From a virus: 64,000 bases of DNA. The notes under the pieces were generated by a model, which saw only the letters and a program-made list of their open reading frames with translations, had not been told where the DNA came from and made no database searches. Shown piece by piece: positions 41,825 to 51,926 of this stretch. Numbering within the stretch: position 1 is the first letter of the stretch; every line of letters begins with the position of its first letter. A program made the position numbers and the translations under genes. The stretch is taken from positions 58,835-122,834 of IMG/VR virus record IMGVR_UViG_3300037083_000054. The stretch is one strand, 5' to 3'.

Positions 41825-43288
41825 ATGGGACTTTTGAGCTATGCTGGCGTTCCGTTGTTACTGCAAGATCCGGCAGGCTTGTCGAATGAGTTTGTTCGTC
41901 GACATCTGGACGAGCGACTTGCGAGCATCTTCACTAATAAATTGACGTGCTATAACGACGGTCGGAATATCGCTCGCACGAACAATTCCGGCCAAACATC
42001 CCTTCAACAAGTCGGACTTCCTGTTCCGACCTATCCCGCGATGCCTCGGCCTCGGATTAATACGCTCTATTGGCCTTCCGGAGCGACTCGTTGGGCTCAT
42101 GGGCTCTTTCTCATCGACAATGCCAATCTGAAAACCATTATTTCCACGATGACGACGTCAGGAGGCTTGAATACCAACACGCCCCAACCTCTGATGATGT
42201 ATACACCGGAAGTCGATACGGTCGGCATCACGACGCCCATGTATCTGCTGCCGCCCCGACCGATCAGTGCGGCGAATATTAGCGGAACTGGCCAATTGCA
42301 ATTATGGATTCTGCCTTTGGTGGATGCCCGCTATTTTTGGCAAAACATGCCTGTTCCTCTGACGAATGTGAGTTCGTGGAATAGCTTACTTTTTCAAATC
42401 GCCTCGGCTTTAAACGCCACAATCTACTGCGATGCCATTCCCTCGGCCTATGGGGTGCCTGACCCCCTCGAATGGGCGAGAGTCTACGAAAACGGTGCGA
42501 TGCTCTTGGATGCATTTGCCGCGACAGTCGGCATGCGGTTTGTGTCCGACTGGTCCGCACTTCTCTCGTATGATGGATCGGCACAGTATCAAATCTTATC
42601 CGAAAGCTCATCTGTGACCGTCTATAATAGCAATGATACCGCATTCAATGCAGGCGGAAATAGCTTAATTGCAGGCGGTGATTTCAGTGCTTATGCTCCT
42701 GCGTCTCAGTCGCCGGGACAAGTGGTTGTGACATTTCGCAACAAAAATAATACAGGTCTTGGCAATGTGATCTCGAATCCGAGTCCCTACTCATTCTCGG
42801 ATTCGACGCAAACGAAAGTGTTTCATACGACCGTGCAGGATTATGGCGGATCTCCTGCTTCGTCGTCGATCGCTCTCGCGTCTCAAATCACGAACGACTT
42901 CTATTCGTGGAAATTAACGCTCTTCGACTTCGATCTGCCTGGAATTATTGGCTGGCATTCGTCGGGATTTGACGATCACATCCTGTGGGAGTATGGCGTT
43001 AAAAAAGGCCGCAAGATGAAATATCAGGCTCAGACGCGAGTGCAATCCTTGCCGCACAATTTTGGTTTTACGAATGTCCCGTGCCAGCCAGCGGGCTCAA
43101 GTTCTAGCAGCAGTTCGAGTTCCTCATCATCTTCCTCGTCGTCCAGTTCGCAACCGTCATCTTCCTCGTCTGTGTCAGGCTCCGGATCGAGTTCGTCGGG
43201 CTGTGGTTGCGTGACGGTTGTGACTGCCGTCTCCTGTTCGGGAGGAACACTTTCTGTAACGACCGGTACGGCGAGAGGATGTTGCTAA
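41825..43288 (+). CDS. Tail tip/baseplate-like protein with poly-Ser, Cys-rich C-terminus
   Basis: 487 aa; C-terminal run of about 18 Ser followed by GCGC...RGCC. Confidence 0.6.
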   Translation: MGLLSYAGVPLLLQDPAGLSNEFVRRHLDERLASIFTNKLTCYNDGRNIARTNNSGQTSLQQVGLPVPTYPAMPRPRINTLYWPSGATRWAHGLFLIDNANLKTIISTMTTSGGLNTNTPQPLMMYTPEVDTVGITTPMYLLPPRPISAANISGTGQLQLWILPLVDARYFWQNMPVPLTNVSSWNSLLFQIASALNATIYCDAIPSAYGVPDPLEWARVYENGAMLLDAFAATVGMRFVSDWSALLSYDGSAQYQILSESSSVTVYNSNDTAFNAGGNSLIAGGDFSAYAPASQSPGQVVVTFRNKNNTGLGNVISNPSPYSFSDSTQTKVFHTTVQDYGGSPASSSIALASQITNDFYSWKLTLFDFDLPGIIGWHSSGFDDHILWEYGVKKGRKMKYQAQTRVQSLPHNFGFTNVPCQPAGSSSSSSSSSSSSSSSSSSQPSSSSSVSGSGSSSSGCGCVTVVTAVSCSGGTLSVTTGTARGCC

Positions 43289-43779
43289 TGCCCACGACAA
43301 CCTACTCAGGATGCACAACGTGCTGTGGAGGATCATCGTCCTCTTCGTCGTCCGCGTCGAATAGTTCTGGGGGATGTGTTCAGATCTGCCCTCGTAGTTC
43401 ATACACGATCACAACCACAAATTTTACGAACGCGGAATGTACTGGCTGTTCAGTATTTAATGGAACGTTCACTGTCACATGGGCTCCCACTGCTCCAGTC
43501 TGTGCTGGATGTACTGTCGGACTAGCGTGCATCTATTTCGATTGCAGTGGACTTTTAGGGTGCGATAACACTTATAATTATCAATTAACGATTACAAAAT
43601 CATTGGGCGTATATACATGGACTGCTACGCTCGGAACAGGGTGCACTGGTGGTGGCGGAAATACGACAAGAACGGCATGGACCGGGACATCATCGAGTTG
43701 TACTCCTCCAGCGACCATGACTGTTTTTGCTCAACAAAATGGCTGTAGATTATTCGCCGCCACGTGTGTAATAAGCTAA
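43288..43779 (+). CDS. Cys/Ser/Thr/Gly-rich small protein (putative tail fibre/spike component)
   Basis: TAATG overlap; GCTTCCGGSSSSSSS..., many Cys. Confidence 0.65.
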   Translation: MPTTTYSGCTTCCGGSSSSSSSASNSSGGCVQICPRSSYTITTTNFTNAECTGCSVFNGTFTVTWAPTAPVCAGCTVGLACIYFDCSGLLGCDNTYNYQLTITKSLGVYTWTATLGTGCTGGGGNTTRTAWTGTSSSCTPPATMTVFAQQNGCRLFAATCVIS

Positions 43780-43782
43780 ATC

Positions 43783-44334
43783 ATGACTCAATGCGAAACA
43801 GCCATCGGAACCGTCGAGCATTTGCTCGCCAACAAAATCAACCCCTGTGATGGGACAAGCAATCGACAACTCGATGTAATTGTCGTGGCCCATTGTTGTC
43901 GGGAAGCGGGTCGCATTGATTTGGCAAACCATCTTCTGGGGCTCGCCGAATCCTCGACAATCGCTCATCAGGAACCTTACAAATCGCAAGCTATCCAATT
44001 GCGACAGATGATTGAACAGCAATGCACGGAACCGCTCAATAAAAGCCAGCCAATCCATGAGGTTGTCCCTGTTGTCCCTCCCGAACTTCCGCCCATCACA
44101 ATTCGAGGCTGGAACTTTGCGACGGCGATGTGGCGTTGGGCGGCATCGGGATTTAAGATGTGTACCCAAGAAGAAATTGACGAACGATTGGCGATTTGCC
44201 AAGCATGTGCGTATTTGACGCCCGCCAATACGTGTCAGCTTTGCGGATGTCAGTGCGATGAAAAAAACCAATTGCTCAACAAACTGGCCATTGCGAGTGA
44301 AAAATGCCCGATAGATCTCTGGAGAGCTAGATGA
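43783..44334 (+). CDS. Cys-rich protein (ERLAICxxC...CxxCGC...CP..W domain)
   Basis: C-terminal putative metal-binding motif. Confidence 0.65.
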   Translation: MTQCETAIGTVEHLLANKINPCDGTSNRQLDVIVVAHCCREAGRIDLANHLLGLAESSTIAHQEPYKSQAIQLRQMIEQQCTEPLNKSQPIHEVVPVVPPELPPITIRGWNFATAMWRWAASGFKMCTQEEIDERLAICQACAYLTPANTCQLCGCQCDEKNQLLNKLAIASEKCPIDLWRAR

Positions 44335-45330
44335 ATGAACTGACAATTGCCGAACCGATCAACACAATCCGAATCGACAGCGAGCCGAAAAAGCCCGATA
44401 TTATTACAGAGACACAAACGAATCTCGAACAAGCCGTTCGTACGGGCCAATGGGCTGTCTTCGTGATTCGCGTGGAAAACGGAAATGTCTATCTCGAACG
44501 AACGGCTCAGAACGTCCCGCAGAGCGATATCCCTGTGGCCTTACGATTGATTGCCGACGACTGCCAGAAATTGAAGGGGGAAGTGGTCCCTAATGCGTGA
44601 TGGATATAAGCTAATCACAGAAGACTGGCTCTTGTCGATTGGCGTGGTTCGTCATTCCTGCAACGGGCCGTCGTGCGGACGACGATATACGATGCTCGCT
44701 CGTGATGGCGAATTAGAGATCAGTGGCTATCAAGGCTACGATTCAAACAATCCGGACTGGCGAACGAACAGCGTGATCACGTTATGGATTAAAAATTACG
44801 GGCAAGATCATCGGCCTATCATGACTCGAAATCAATTCGTCCATGACGCAAGGCGATTGGATGTTCTGTTTTGGTTTGATCAGACAAATCAGCTTGTTTT
44901 GTTCGATTCCGTTCCAGAAGAACAACGCAATTTCCTCCGCATGACATCGTACGATCATTGCATGAATGGTGGGATGTATGATCCAGAGTGGCCTCGCGAA
45001 TCGCAAGAAACGGCAAAACAAGCAGCGATTGATTGGATGATGCAGAGATTCGAGGGAAGCGATGAACTATGTCAGCGTATGATCGCTTCCCTCAATGAAA
45101 TTATTCCTCTGGATACCGACTGGCATTTCACGACCGATGGAAAAGGATTGGCCTATCGGCTCATTCGGAGCATCTTCACTGATGACTTGTCTGGAAGCGG
45201 CGGCTATCCCGATCTTTTTCGGTCGACATTCGCGATCATCTCTCTCGGTCAATGCATTGTGGTTCACGATGAACGCGATGGTGAAGATTGGAAAGTCATT
45301 GCATCGTGGGTTCGCGAGTTTGACGATTAA
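44331..45330 (+). other. Two hypothetical genes (44331-44600, 44593-45330)
   Basis: Coupled ORFs within the operon. Confidence 0.55.
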
Positions 45331-45341
45331 GGGTTTATCGC

Positions 45342-47096
45342 ATGGATGCGAGTCGGTTTTTCAGCAAGAGTTACGTCATCAATCTTCCGTTCAAAACGGA
45401 TCGGCTTGAATCGTTTCAAAAATCTGTGCCGAAAATCTTAGGTGAGATTGAAGTGTGGCCAGCAGTGCATGGGGACTCCATCAAACATCCCGATTGCTGG
45501 TCGTCTGGTAATGGCAGTTGGGGATGTCTGCGATCGCATCTCCAGATCTTGGAACATGCCTATCAATACCAAGATGAAATCGAGTCATATTTGGTCTTGG
45601 AAGATGACGCGATTTTTCGTCCCGATTTCGACGAACTGTTCCCGCAGGTCATGGAAGAACTTAATCAGCATGAGTGGGAAATGTGTTACTTCGGCGGCCA
45701 GATTCTTCATGAATCGCAGCATCCCCCGCAAAAGATCAGTCAGAATCTCTACAGGCCCTACAACGTCAATCGCACCCATTGTTTCGCTCTTCATCGTCGA
45801 GGCTATGAAAAAGTCTATCGGCATTTAATGAATCTCCCTTACGAGGACGCATTCCACATCGACCATCATTTGGGCAGACTTCACGAATCAGGAACGCTCG
45901 CTGTCTACTGCTCCGGAAAATGGATTGTCGGACAAGACTCGGGATCATCGAATATTAGTGGGAAGCATAACTCCGCCGAGTGGTGGGTCGATCCCGAAAA
46001 ATACGCGGTCGAAACTCGAAAATGGCAATCAAAACCAGTCCCGGCTGTTTTTCTCGAATCTCCAATTCATGTGGCGATCGAACTGGAACGCGAAGGCTGG
46101 CATCGAGGGCACTGGCAGGATCATCAGCATCTCGATCGAGGGGTGTGTGAAGCATTGACGTCATTGGATGTCAAAAGCGGACTTGTGAATTGGTTCCGAG
46201 CGGTCCAACCGGAAGCAAGTCGAGAAGGAAAGAAATGCATTTGCCTCTATCATCCGACTTTACATCTGTCCTGCGTTCAATCGCTCGATTGTGGGCCATT
46301 CCATCATATCGTTGCCAAAACAGTTGAAGAGGCTCGGCAGAAATTCGCGGAGATCGAAGCGCCGCCCACTGTAACGACAAAGCCAACACGGAACCTGATC
46401 TATCACATCTGGCCAAAATCTGGGAACGGGAAATGGCAATGGAATGTCCAAGAGCTACTGAAACGCATTGATCAGTTCGATGGCGTGCGATCTGTGGCCA
46501 TCGCAACCGATCTGATGACCGATTCGGTGGAAGACGTCAAAGCGGCCTTTGGATCGCATCGCATCGACAATTGGCTGATTTGTCCGAATGATCCAAAGCT
46601 TGGTGAAGTCGTCACGTTTCGAAGCCTACTCCAATCACTTCCGAAAGACGATGATTCCATTACATTCTACGGCCATGCCAAGGGCGTAAAATACGACGAT
46701 CCGGAATACAACAAGGAATGGTCACGGATGATGTATGAGATTTGCCTGGACGATCCGACCTTCGTTGATGCCAGTCTCTCGCAATACGACTGCACGGGAC
46801 CATTTCTGAACGACCATCAGAAAAACAAACCCTTTGATGCAACGTGGCATTATTCCGGGAACTTCTTCTGGTTCAAAAACACTCCTGTTTTTCGATCACG
46901 ATGGGATGATATCAAGGAATGGTATTTTGGGGTCGAGATGTGGATTGGTCGCGTCCTCGAACGAGCGGAGGCCGGATGTTTGTTCGGGAATGGCGTCAAT
47001 CATTTGTGGGAAGATGAACAGGCCGCGAATACGCGAGCGGACCTCGACCGGTGGGTGCAAGAGGGGAATACGAGAACGAGGATCAGCGAACAATGA
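45342..47096 (+). CDS. GT25-family glycosyltransferase fused to two additional domains
   Basis: YVINL...DRL, GCLRSHLQIL, LVLEDDA, HIDHHL; C-domain FYGHAKG, HYSGNFFWF. Confidence 0.85.
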   Translation: MDASRFFSKSYVINLPFKTDRLESFQKSVPKILGEIEVWPAVHGDSIKHPDCWSSGNGSWGCLRSHLQILEHAYQYQDEIESYLVLEDDAIFRPDFDELFPQVMEELNQHEWEMCYFGGQILHESQHPPQKISQNLYRPYNVNRTHCFALHRRGYEKVYRHLMNLPYEDAFHIDHHLGRLHESGTLAVYCSGKWIVGQDSGSSNISGKHNSAEWWVDPEKYAVETRKWQSKPVPAVFLESPIHVAIELEREGWHRGHWQDHQHLDRGVCEALTSLDVKSGLVNWFRAVQPEASREGKKCICLYHPTLHLSCVQSLDCGPFHHIVAKTVEEARQKFAEIEAPPTVTTKPTRNLIYHIWPKSGNGKWQWNVQELLKRIDQFDGVRSVAIATDLMTDSVEDVKAAFGSHRIDNWLICPNDPKLGEVVTFRSLLQSLPKDDDSITFYGHAKGVKYDDPEYNKEWSRMMYEICLDDPTFVDASLSQYDCTGPFLNDHQKNKPFDATWHYSGNFFWFKNTPVFRSRWDDIKEWYFGVEMWIGRVLERAEAGCLFGNGVNHLWEDEQAANTRADLDRWVQEGNTRTRISEQ

Positions 47097-48709
47097 ACAC
47101 GCCTCCATGCGTCTTTCTGGAATCATCAACTCAAGTCGCGATGGATCTCGATCATCAAGGTTGGCATCGAGGCAACTGGCGAGATGATTATGCGATTGAT
47201 CAGTTGGTCTCGAAAAGCGTGGCCAGCGGAAACATGCATTTATTGAACGATTGGTATCCTATCGCAATTCAAGAAGCCCGCGAACAAGGCAAAGCATGTG
47301 CCTGCTTGTTTCACCCTCTGCTGACATTGGAGCAAATTCGCAGCACATTTATTTACCCGATGATTCCGATTCAATCGTGGTGTGCCGAAGAGGCCGCAGA
47401 GAAATTGCGTCTCGTGCGTTCCGTGTCACTTCGACCGCCGAAACCGGTTCGGAACCTGATTTATCATATCTGGCCCCGTAAAGGAAACGGCGTTTGGCAA
47501 TGGAATGTTCGACAACTGATCGAACGAATCGAGCAATTCGACGGGGTGCGTTCCATCGGAGTTGTTCTGGATGCGACGACCGATTCGATAGAGGATGTGA
47601 GAGCGATGTTCTCCGGACATCGAATTGATCACTGGATCGTCGAAAATAATAACCCCGACTATGGAGAAATGGTTACTATTCGTCAGTTATTGAATACGCT
47701 TCCGAAAGATCAGGGGATTACATTCTATGCCCACTCGAAAGGGGCTCGGTACGAACATGCGGAATTAATTAAGGAGTGGGCACGCATCGGTTATTCCGCC
47801 AGTCTGGATTGGCCTTATTGGGTTGCTTCGGTCCTTGAGGAGCATCCTTGTGCCGGTCCGTTCTTTCGCACGGATTCGACGGGTTGGTATTATTCCGGCA
47901 CATTCTTCTGGTTTCGCAACCAAGATGTTTTCGCTCGCCCGAACGCCTACCCGGACGGCGGCAACCGTTGGGGCGTCGAAATGTGGCTACGAAACCTGTT
48001 TAGCCGAGAAGAGGCAGGTCGCTTAATCGGAAATCAAGTGGGCCATCTTTATGATCCCAATGCTCTCGCACCTGTGCAGAGGATGCATGACTGGTGGAAG
48101 AAAATACAACCGAATGTGAACGCCGTTTCTCCGTCAATCTCGGTGATCATCCCAACACTCGGACGCCCTTGGATTCGGCGAATGATCGAATCGCTTCTGG
48201 TTCAAATTGGCTCGAATGACGAAATTATTGTCGTAGCCGATGGGTCAGAGGCTCACGCAAGGGCTATTGAGTATTGCGTGGGGCTACCGGTGATCATCAG
48301 TGAAGCATCGAATCCGCAATCTGTCTACGGAAATCATCAACGCAATCTCGGCGTGAAAATGGCCGTGAAGGATGTTCTCTGGTTCTGTGATGACGATGAT
48401 CTTGTTCCGCCCTATGCGATGGCGAAAATCCGGCAGGTCATGGCGAAAGACATGCGACCAACAATGTTCCGGCAGAATCATCAGGGAGTCGCCATTTGGC
48501 AATCAAAACAGATTGTCGATTCGCAGGTCTCTTCCACGCAAATGCTGATGCCGAATGTGCCCGATATTTTGCCATTTCCTGTTCCGACATTCCCCGATCG
48601 CGGTTCCGACTTGCGATGGATTCAGGAAATCAATAGTAAGTCACCGATCAATTGGGAGGAGTCCATTATTTATGTCTGTGAACAATCGCGATTCGGTCGC
48701 TTTGAATAA
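47093..48709 (+). CDS. Multidomain protein ending in a GT2 glycosyltransferase
   Basis: Shares two domains with the previous gene; C-terminal ISVIIPTLGR, VVADG, RNLG, FCDDDD. Confidence 0.8.
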   Translation: MNTPPCVFLESSTQVAMDLDHQGWHRGNWRDDYAIDQLVSKSVASGNMHLLNDWYPIAIQEAREQGKACACLFHPLLTLEQIRSTFIYPMIPIQSWCAEEAAEKLRLVRSVSLRPPKPVRNLIYHIWPRKGNGVWQWNVRQLIERIEQFDGVRSIGVVLDATTDSIEDVRAMFSGHRIDHWIVENNNPDYGEMVTIRQLLNTLPKDQGITFYAHSKGARYEHAELIKEWARIGYSASLDWPYWVASVLEEHPCAGPFFRTDSTGWYYSGTFFWFRNQDVFARPNAYPDGGNRWGVEMWLRNLFSREEAGRLIGNQVGHLYDPNALAPVQRMHDWWKKIQPNVNAVSPSISVIIPTLGRPWIRRMIESLLVQIGSNDEIIVVADGSEAHARAIEYCVGLPVIISEASNPQSVYGNHQRNLGVKMAVKDVLWFCDDDDLVPPYAMAKIRQVMAKDMRPTMFRQNHQGVAIWQSKQIVDSQVSSTQMLMPNVPDILPFPVPTFPDRGSDLRWIQEINSKSPINWEESIIYVCEQSRFGRFE

Positions 48710-49793
48710 TGAATACACATCGAAGAAAGCGGCATTCCAGTTCTCGGCACTTCACGAACTATTGCAAGGTCGCCAACCCAATCCCACGCATGTTCTGATT
48801 GTTCTTTCTGACCTGTGTTCCCATGACTGCGTGTTCTGTTTATTCCGAGCATCGGGTTATGACACATCGAAGTATTTCGGGGAAATCAAACCAAATGGAA
48901 ATGTTCAGAAAAACCCAAACCGGATGATTCCTTTCCACAAAGTCATCGAGATTATTGATGATTGCAAGATAATGGGTGTCAAAGCGATCGAATTTACAGG
49001 CGGAGGAGAACCGACGCTCCATCCGCAATTTGATGCGATTGTGAGACACGCCCTAGAAAGCGGAATGGAGGTATCGCTGGTCACGCATGGGGCCGCACTC
49101 AAAAATCGCGTTGATCTGGTAGCCAAGATGGAATGGATCAGAATCAGCCTGGATGCTGGTTCACCTGAAATGTACGCGAAGATTCATCGAGTGAACGGAC
49201 GACAATTTGATCAGGTTTTGGAAAATATTCGCAGTCTCGCCGAAGCGAAACGACGACTGGAAACGAATGTTACCATCGGCGTGTCTTTTGTCATGACCGA
49301 CGACAATTGGTACGAGTTGCTCAACGCCGTTGCAATGTGTCGGGATGTCGGAGCGGATACGTTCAGAATCTCTGCCGAATTCATTCCCGACGAGCATTTG
49401 TTCGCACGTGGTCGATTGGAATCAGGACGGCTCTTGGCTGAACAGGCTGAAGAACTCCAAACCGACACTTTTCGCATTCACAATCACTGGAGTAAAAAAA
49501 CGAATGTTTCCGAAATCGGGCAACCCGATTATTCTACCTGCTGGTATCAGCAATTCACGACATTCATCGGAGGGGATCAAAATGTCTATCGTTGCTGTCG
49601 GACCTCCTATCAAGAACGTGGTTTGATTGGGTCGATTGCAAATCAGTCGTTCCGAGACCTGTGGGAGAGCGATCACAAGCAACAGCGATTCGCTCAGTTC
49701 GACGCTCGCGGATGTCGGGACTGTCACGTTAATGACCGGAATCGAGAAGTCGAACTCCTCATGCATCCGCCACGTCATGTCAACTTTGTTTGA
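48672..49793 (+). CDS. Radical SAM/SPASM-type protein
   Basis: CSHDCVFC, TGGGEP, RISLDA, C-terminal C..GNVYRCC...IGSI..F..LW...CRDC. Confidence 0.9.
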   Translation: MSVNNRDSVALNNEYTSKKAAFQFSALHELLQGRQPNPTHVLIVLSDLCSHDCVFCLFRASGYDTSKYFGEIKPNGNVQKNPNRMIPFHKVIEIIDDCKIMGVKAIEFTGGGEPTLHPQFDAIVRHALESGMEVSLVTHGAALKNRVDLVAKMEWIRISLDAGSPEMYAKIHRVNGRQFDQVLENIRSLAEAKRRLETNVTIGVSFVMTDDNWYELLNAVAMCRDVGADTFRISAEFIPDEHLFARGRLESGRLLAEQAEELQTDTFRIHNHWSKKTNVSEIGQPDYSTCWYQQFTTFIGGDQNVYRCCRTSYQERGLIGSIANQSFRDLWESDHKQQRFAQFDARGCRDCHVNDRNREVELLMHPPRHVNFV

Positions 49794-49802
49794 AAGAGGG
49801 AA

Positions 49803-50393
49803 ATGACATCTCGTTATCATCTCAGCGTAATCACACCCACATGGCAACGACCGCGAACATTGGCGATGCAATGCGATCAAATCCGTCGTCAGAAACGAGG
49901 CTACCTGAACATCGAACATATCGTCGTTTCCGATGGGCCTGATCCCGAAGCAAGAGGCATCGCCGAACACTTCGGCTGCAAGTACATCGAACATGCCGAG
50001 AACAAAGGATGTGCCGGAGCGTTCGGGAGAGATACGGGAATCGCAGCGGCAGAAGGGGAATATTGTTGTTTCGCGGATGACGAGAACGCATTAGAGCATG
50101 ATGCTCTCGAAACCCTATACGGGGCGGCGATCGGATATGACATGGGCATCGTCCAATGCATTCATCGAGGGTTCAACGAATGGCGAAAAATCCCAGACAG
50201 TGACTGGGATATGAAGGAAATCGTGGTTCATAATGTGGATGTGATGTGCGCGTGTATTCGGACGGAGATTGCCAAACAGTTTTCGTTTGCGGAAGAACCC
50301 GTGTACGATCACGATCACAGAACTTTTGCCAGAATTCAACGGGCTGGATACTCGGTCAATTTCGTTCCCGTTGTAATTGGGATTCATCTCTGA
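49803..50393 (+). CDS. GT2 glycosyltransferase
   Basis: SVITPTWQR, EHIVVSDG, RDTGI, FADDEN. Confidence 0.85.
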   Translation: MTSRYHLSVITPTWQRPRTLAMQCDQIRRQKRGYLNIEHIVVSDGPDPEARGIAEHFGCKYIEHAENKGCAGAFGRDTGIAAAEGEYCCFADDENALEHDALETLYGAAIGYDMGIVQCIHRGFNEWRKIPDSDWDMKEIVVHNVDVMCACIRTEIAKQFSFAEEPVYDHDHRTFARIQRAGYSVNFVPVVIGIHL

Positions 50394-50435
50394 CCATTTT
50401 CCTGACGTCGGCAATATGGTTTAGACGGAGCGTTA

Positions 50436-51860
50436 TTGATGACAGCAGAAACCGCATTCGATCCCAAGGGCAAGCTTTTATTCCAAGCGGAGAAACTCGC
50501 TCAGTTTGCGAAAGGGGATATGTCGTTTTCTCCAGTCGCGGTCGAGATTTCGCCGACAAATGATTGCAATGCAAAATGCCCGTGGTGTGCAGTTGCCGGA
50601 ACAATGATTGCCGTTGAAAACGGATTCAAGCCAATCGAAGACATTCGAGTCGGAGATTTCGTTTATGGGCATGACGGAAAATTGTGTCGCGTGACATCTT
50701 TCGGCAATCGTGAAGTCAGCGAAATTTATCATATCCACTGTTCTGGACATGACATTCTCGTCAGTGGCGAACATCCTTTTTTGACATCGGATGGGTGGAA
50801 GACTGCGGAAGAAATAGCCGTTGGTGACCGTGCGTTTATTCGTGTCCATAAACGGACCGCAAATCTTCAGCAATATGACTGCGAGCATACTGGCAAGACA
50901 CTGGAACGCGGACTGCGGTTTCGATTCGTTTCCATCGCGAAGAAACGTGTTGGCGGATCGCGAGTTTACAATTTCTCGTGCGAGCCATCGGAATCCTACG
51001 AAGCAAACGGTTTCGTCGTTCATAATTGTTTCTACGTTTCATCGGAATACAAATCCCATCATTCGAAAGACGAACTCTCTTGGGATGTTCTGAAAGCTGC
51101 CCTGTCTGAAATGGCTGAAATGGGAGTGAAAGCCGTCACATGGACTGGCGGCGGCGATCCGTCAGTTTATTCGCATATCAACGAAGCGATCGAATATGCA
51201 GCAAGCCTGAATCTCAAACAAGGGATGTTCACGAATGCTTACCGACCCATCGCTAGACCCGATCTGCTTCAATGGCTGCGAGTGACTGTCACTGAGCGAT
51301 TTGTCATCACGAAGCATGTTGCGAAGTATGCCGAAGCCACGAAATGCGGTGTCAACTTTAATTTGTCTGTGGAGAACGCCTCGGAAGTGCTGTCGATGGC
51401 GACGGCGGCACGCGATGCTAAATGTGCGTACTTTCAGATACGTCCCGCGCTCGCGGACCGATGGGAGTTGCAAAAACCAGTTGTGATGCCGGAGTATCTG
51501 AAAACACTCGAAACGGACGATTTCAAAATCATTCTGACCCCCTATAAATTTTCCGATTACATGATGCCGCACGGGTATCCACTCTGTCATTCTTCAGTGT
51601 TTGTTCCATTTTTGTGGCACGACGGAAGCCTAAGCGTTTGTGCATATCACAGCAGCACGCTCGATGAGTTCTCGTTTGGCAACATCAATCAAATGTCGTT
51701 CAAGGAAATTTGGAACGGTGAAAAACGAAAGAAAATGCTGGCAGATGGAATTCGTGTCATCAAATCCTGTCAAAATTGTTGCAAGGGACATGAGGCGAAC
51801 AAAGTCCTTGCGGCGATTCGCGGCGAGATGTCCCCCCCGGACGATGTCGATTTTATTTGA
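50436..51860 (+). CDS. Radical SAM/SPASM-type protein containing a mini-intein
   Basis: CNAKCPW[intein]C, TGGGDP, C-terminal C..GSLSVC...FGNI..F.EIW...CQNCC. Confidence 0.9.
   Translation: MMTAETAFDPKGKLLFQAEKLAQFAKGDMSFSPVAVEISPTNDCNAKCPWCAVAGTMIAVENGFKPIEDIRVGDFVYGHDGKLCRVTSFGNREVSEIYHIHCSGHDILVSGEHPFLTSDGWKTAEEIAVGDRAFIRVHKRTANLQQYDCEHTGKTLERGLRFRFVSIAKKRVGGSRVYNFSCEPSESYEANGFVVHNCFYVSSEYKSHHSKDELSWDVLKAALSEMAEMGVKAVTWTGGGDPSVYSHINEAIEYAASLNLKQGMFTNAYRPIARPDLLQWLRVTVTERFVITKHVAKYAEATKCGVNFNLSVENASEVLSMATAARDAKCAYFQIRPALADRWELQKPVVMPEYLKTLETDDFKIILTPYKFSDYMMPHGYPLCHSSVFVPFLWHDGSLSVCAYHSSTLDEFSFGNINQMSFKEIWNGEKRKKMLADGIRVIKSCQNCCKGHEANKVLAAIRGEMSPPDDVDFI
50586..51026 (+). mobile_element. 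Mini-intein, 147 aa, no endonuclease
   Basis: Starts CAVAGTMI, block B SGEHPF, block F VYNF, ends VHN followed by Cys +1. Confidence 0.92.
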
Positions 51861-51926
51861 TCGCAGAATTTCAAATGCGACAGAGGTGGCGTATTTGACG
51901 AAACAATGCTTTTGCTCGGATGAACG

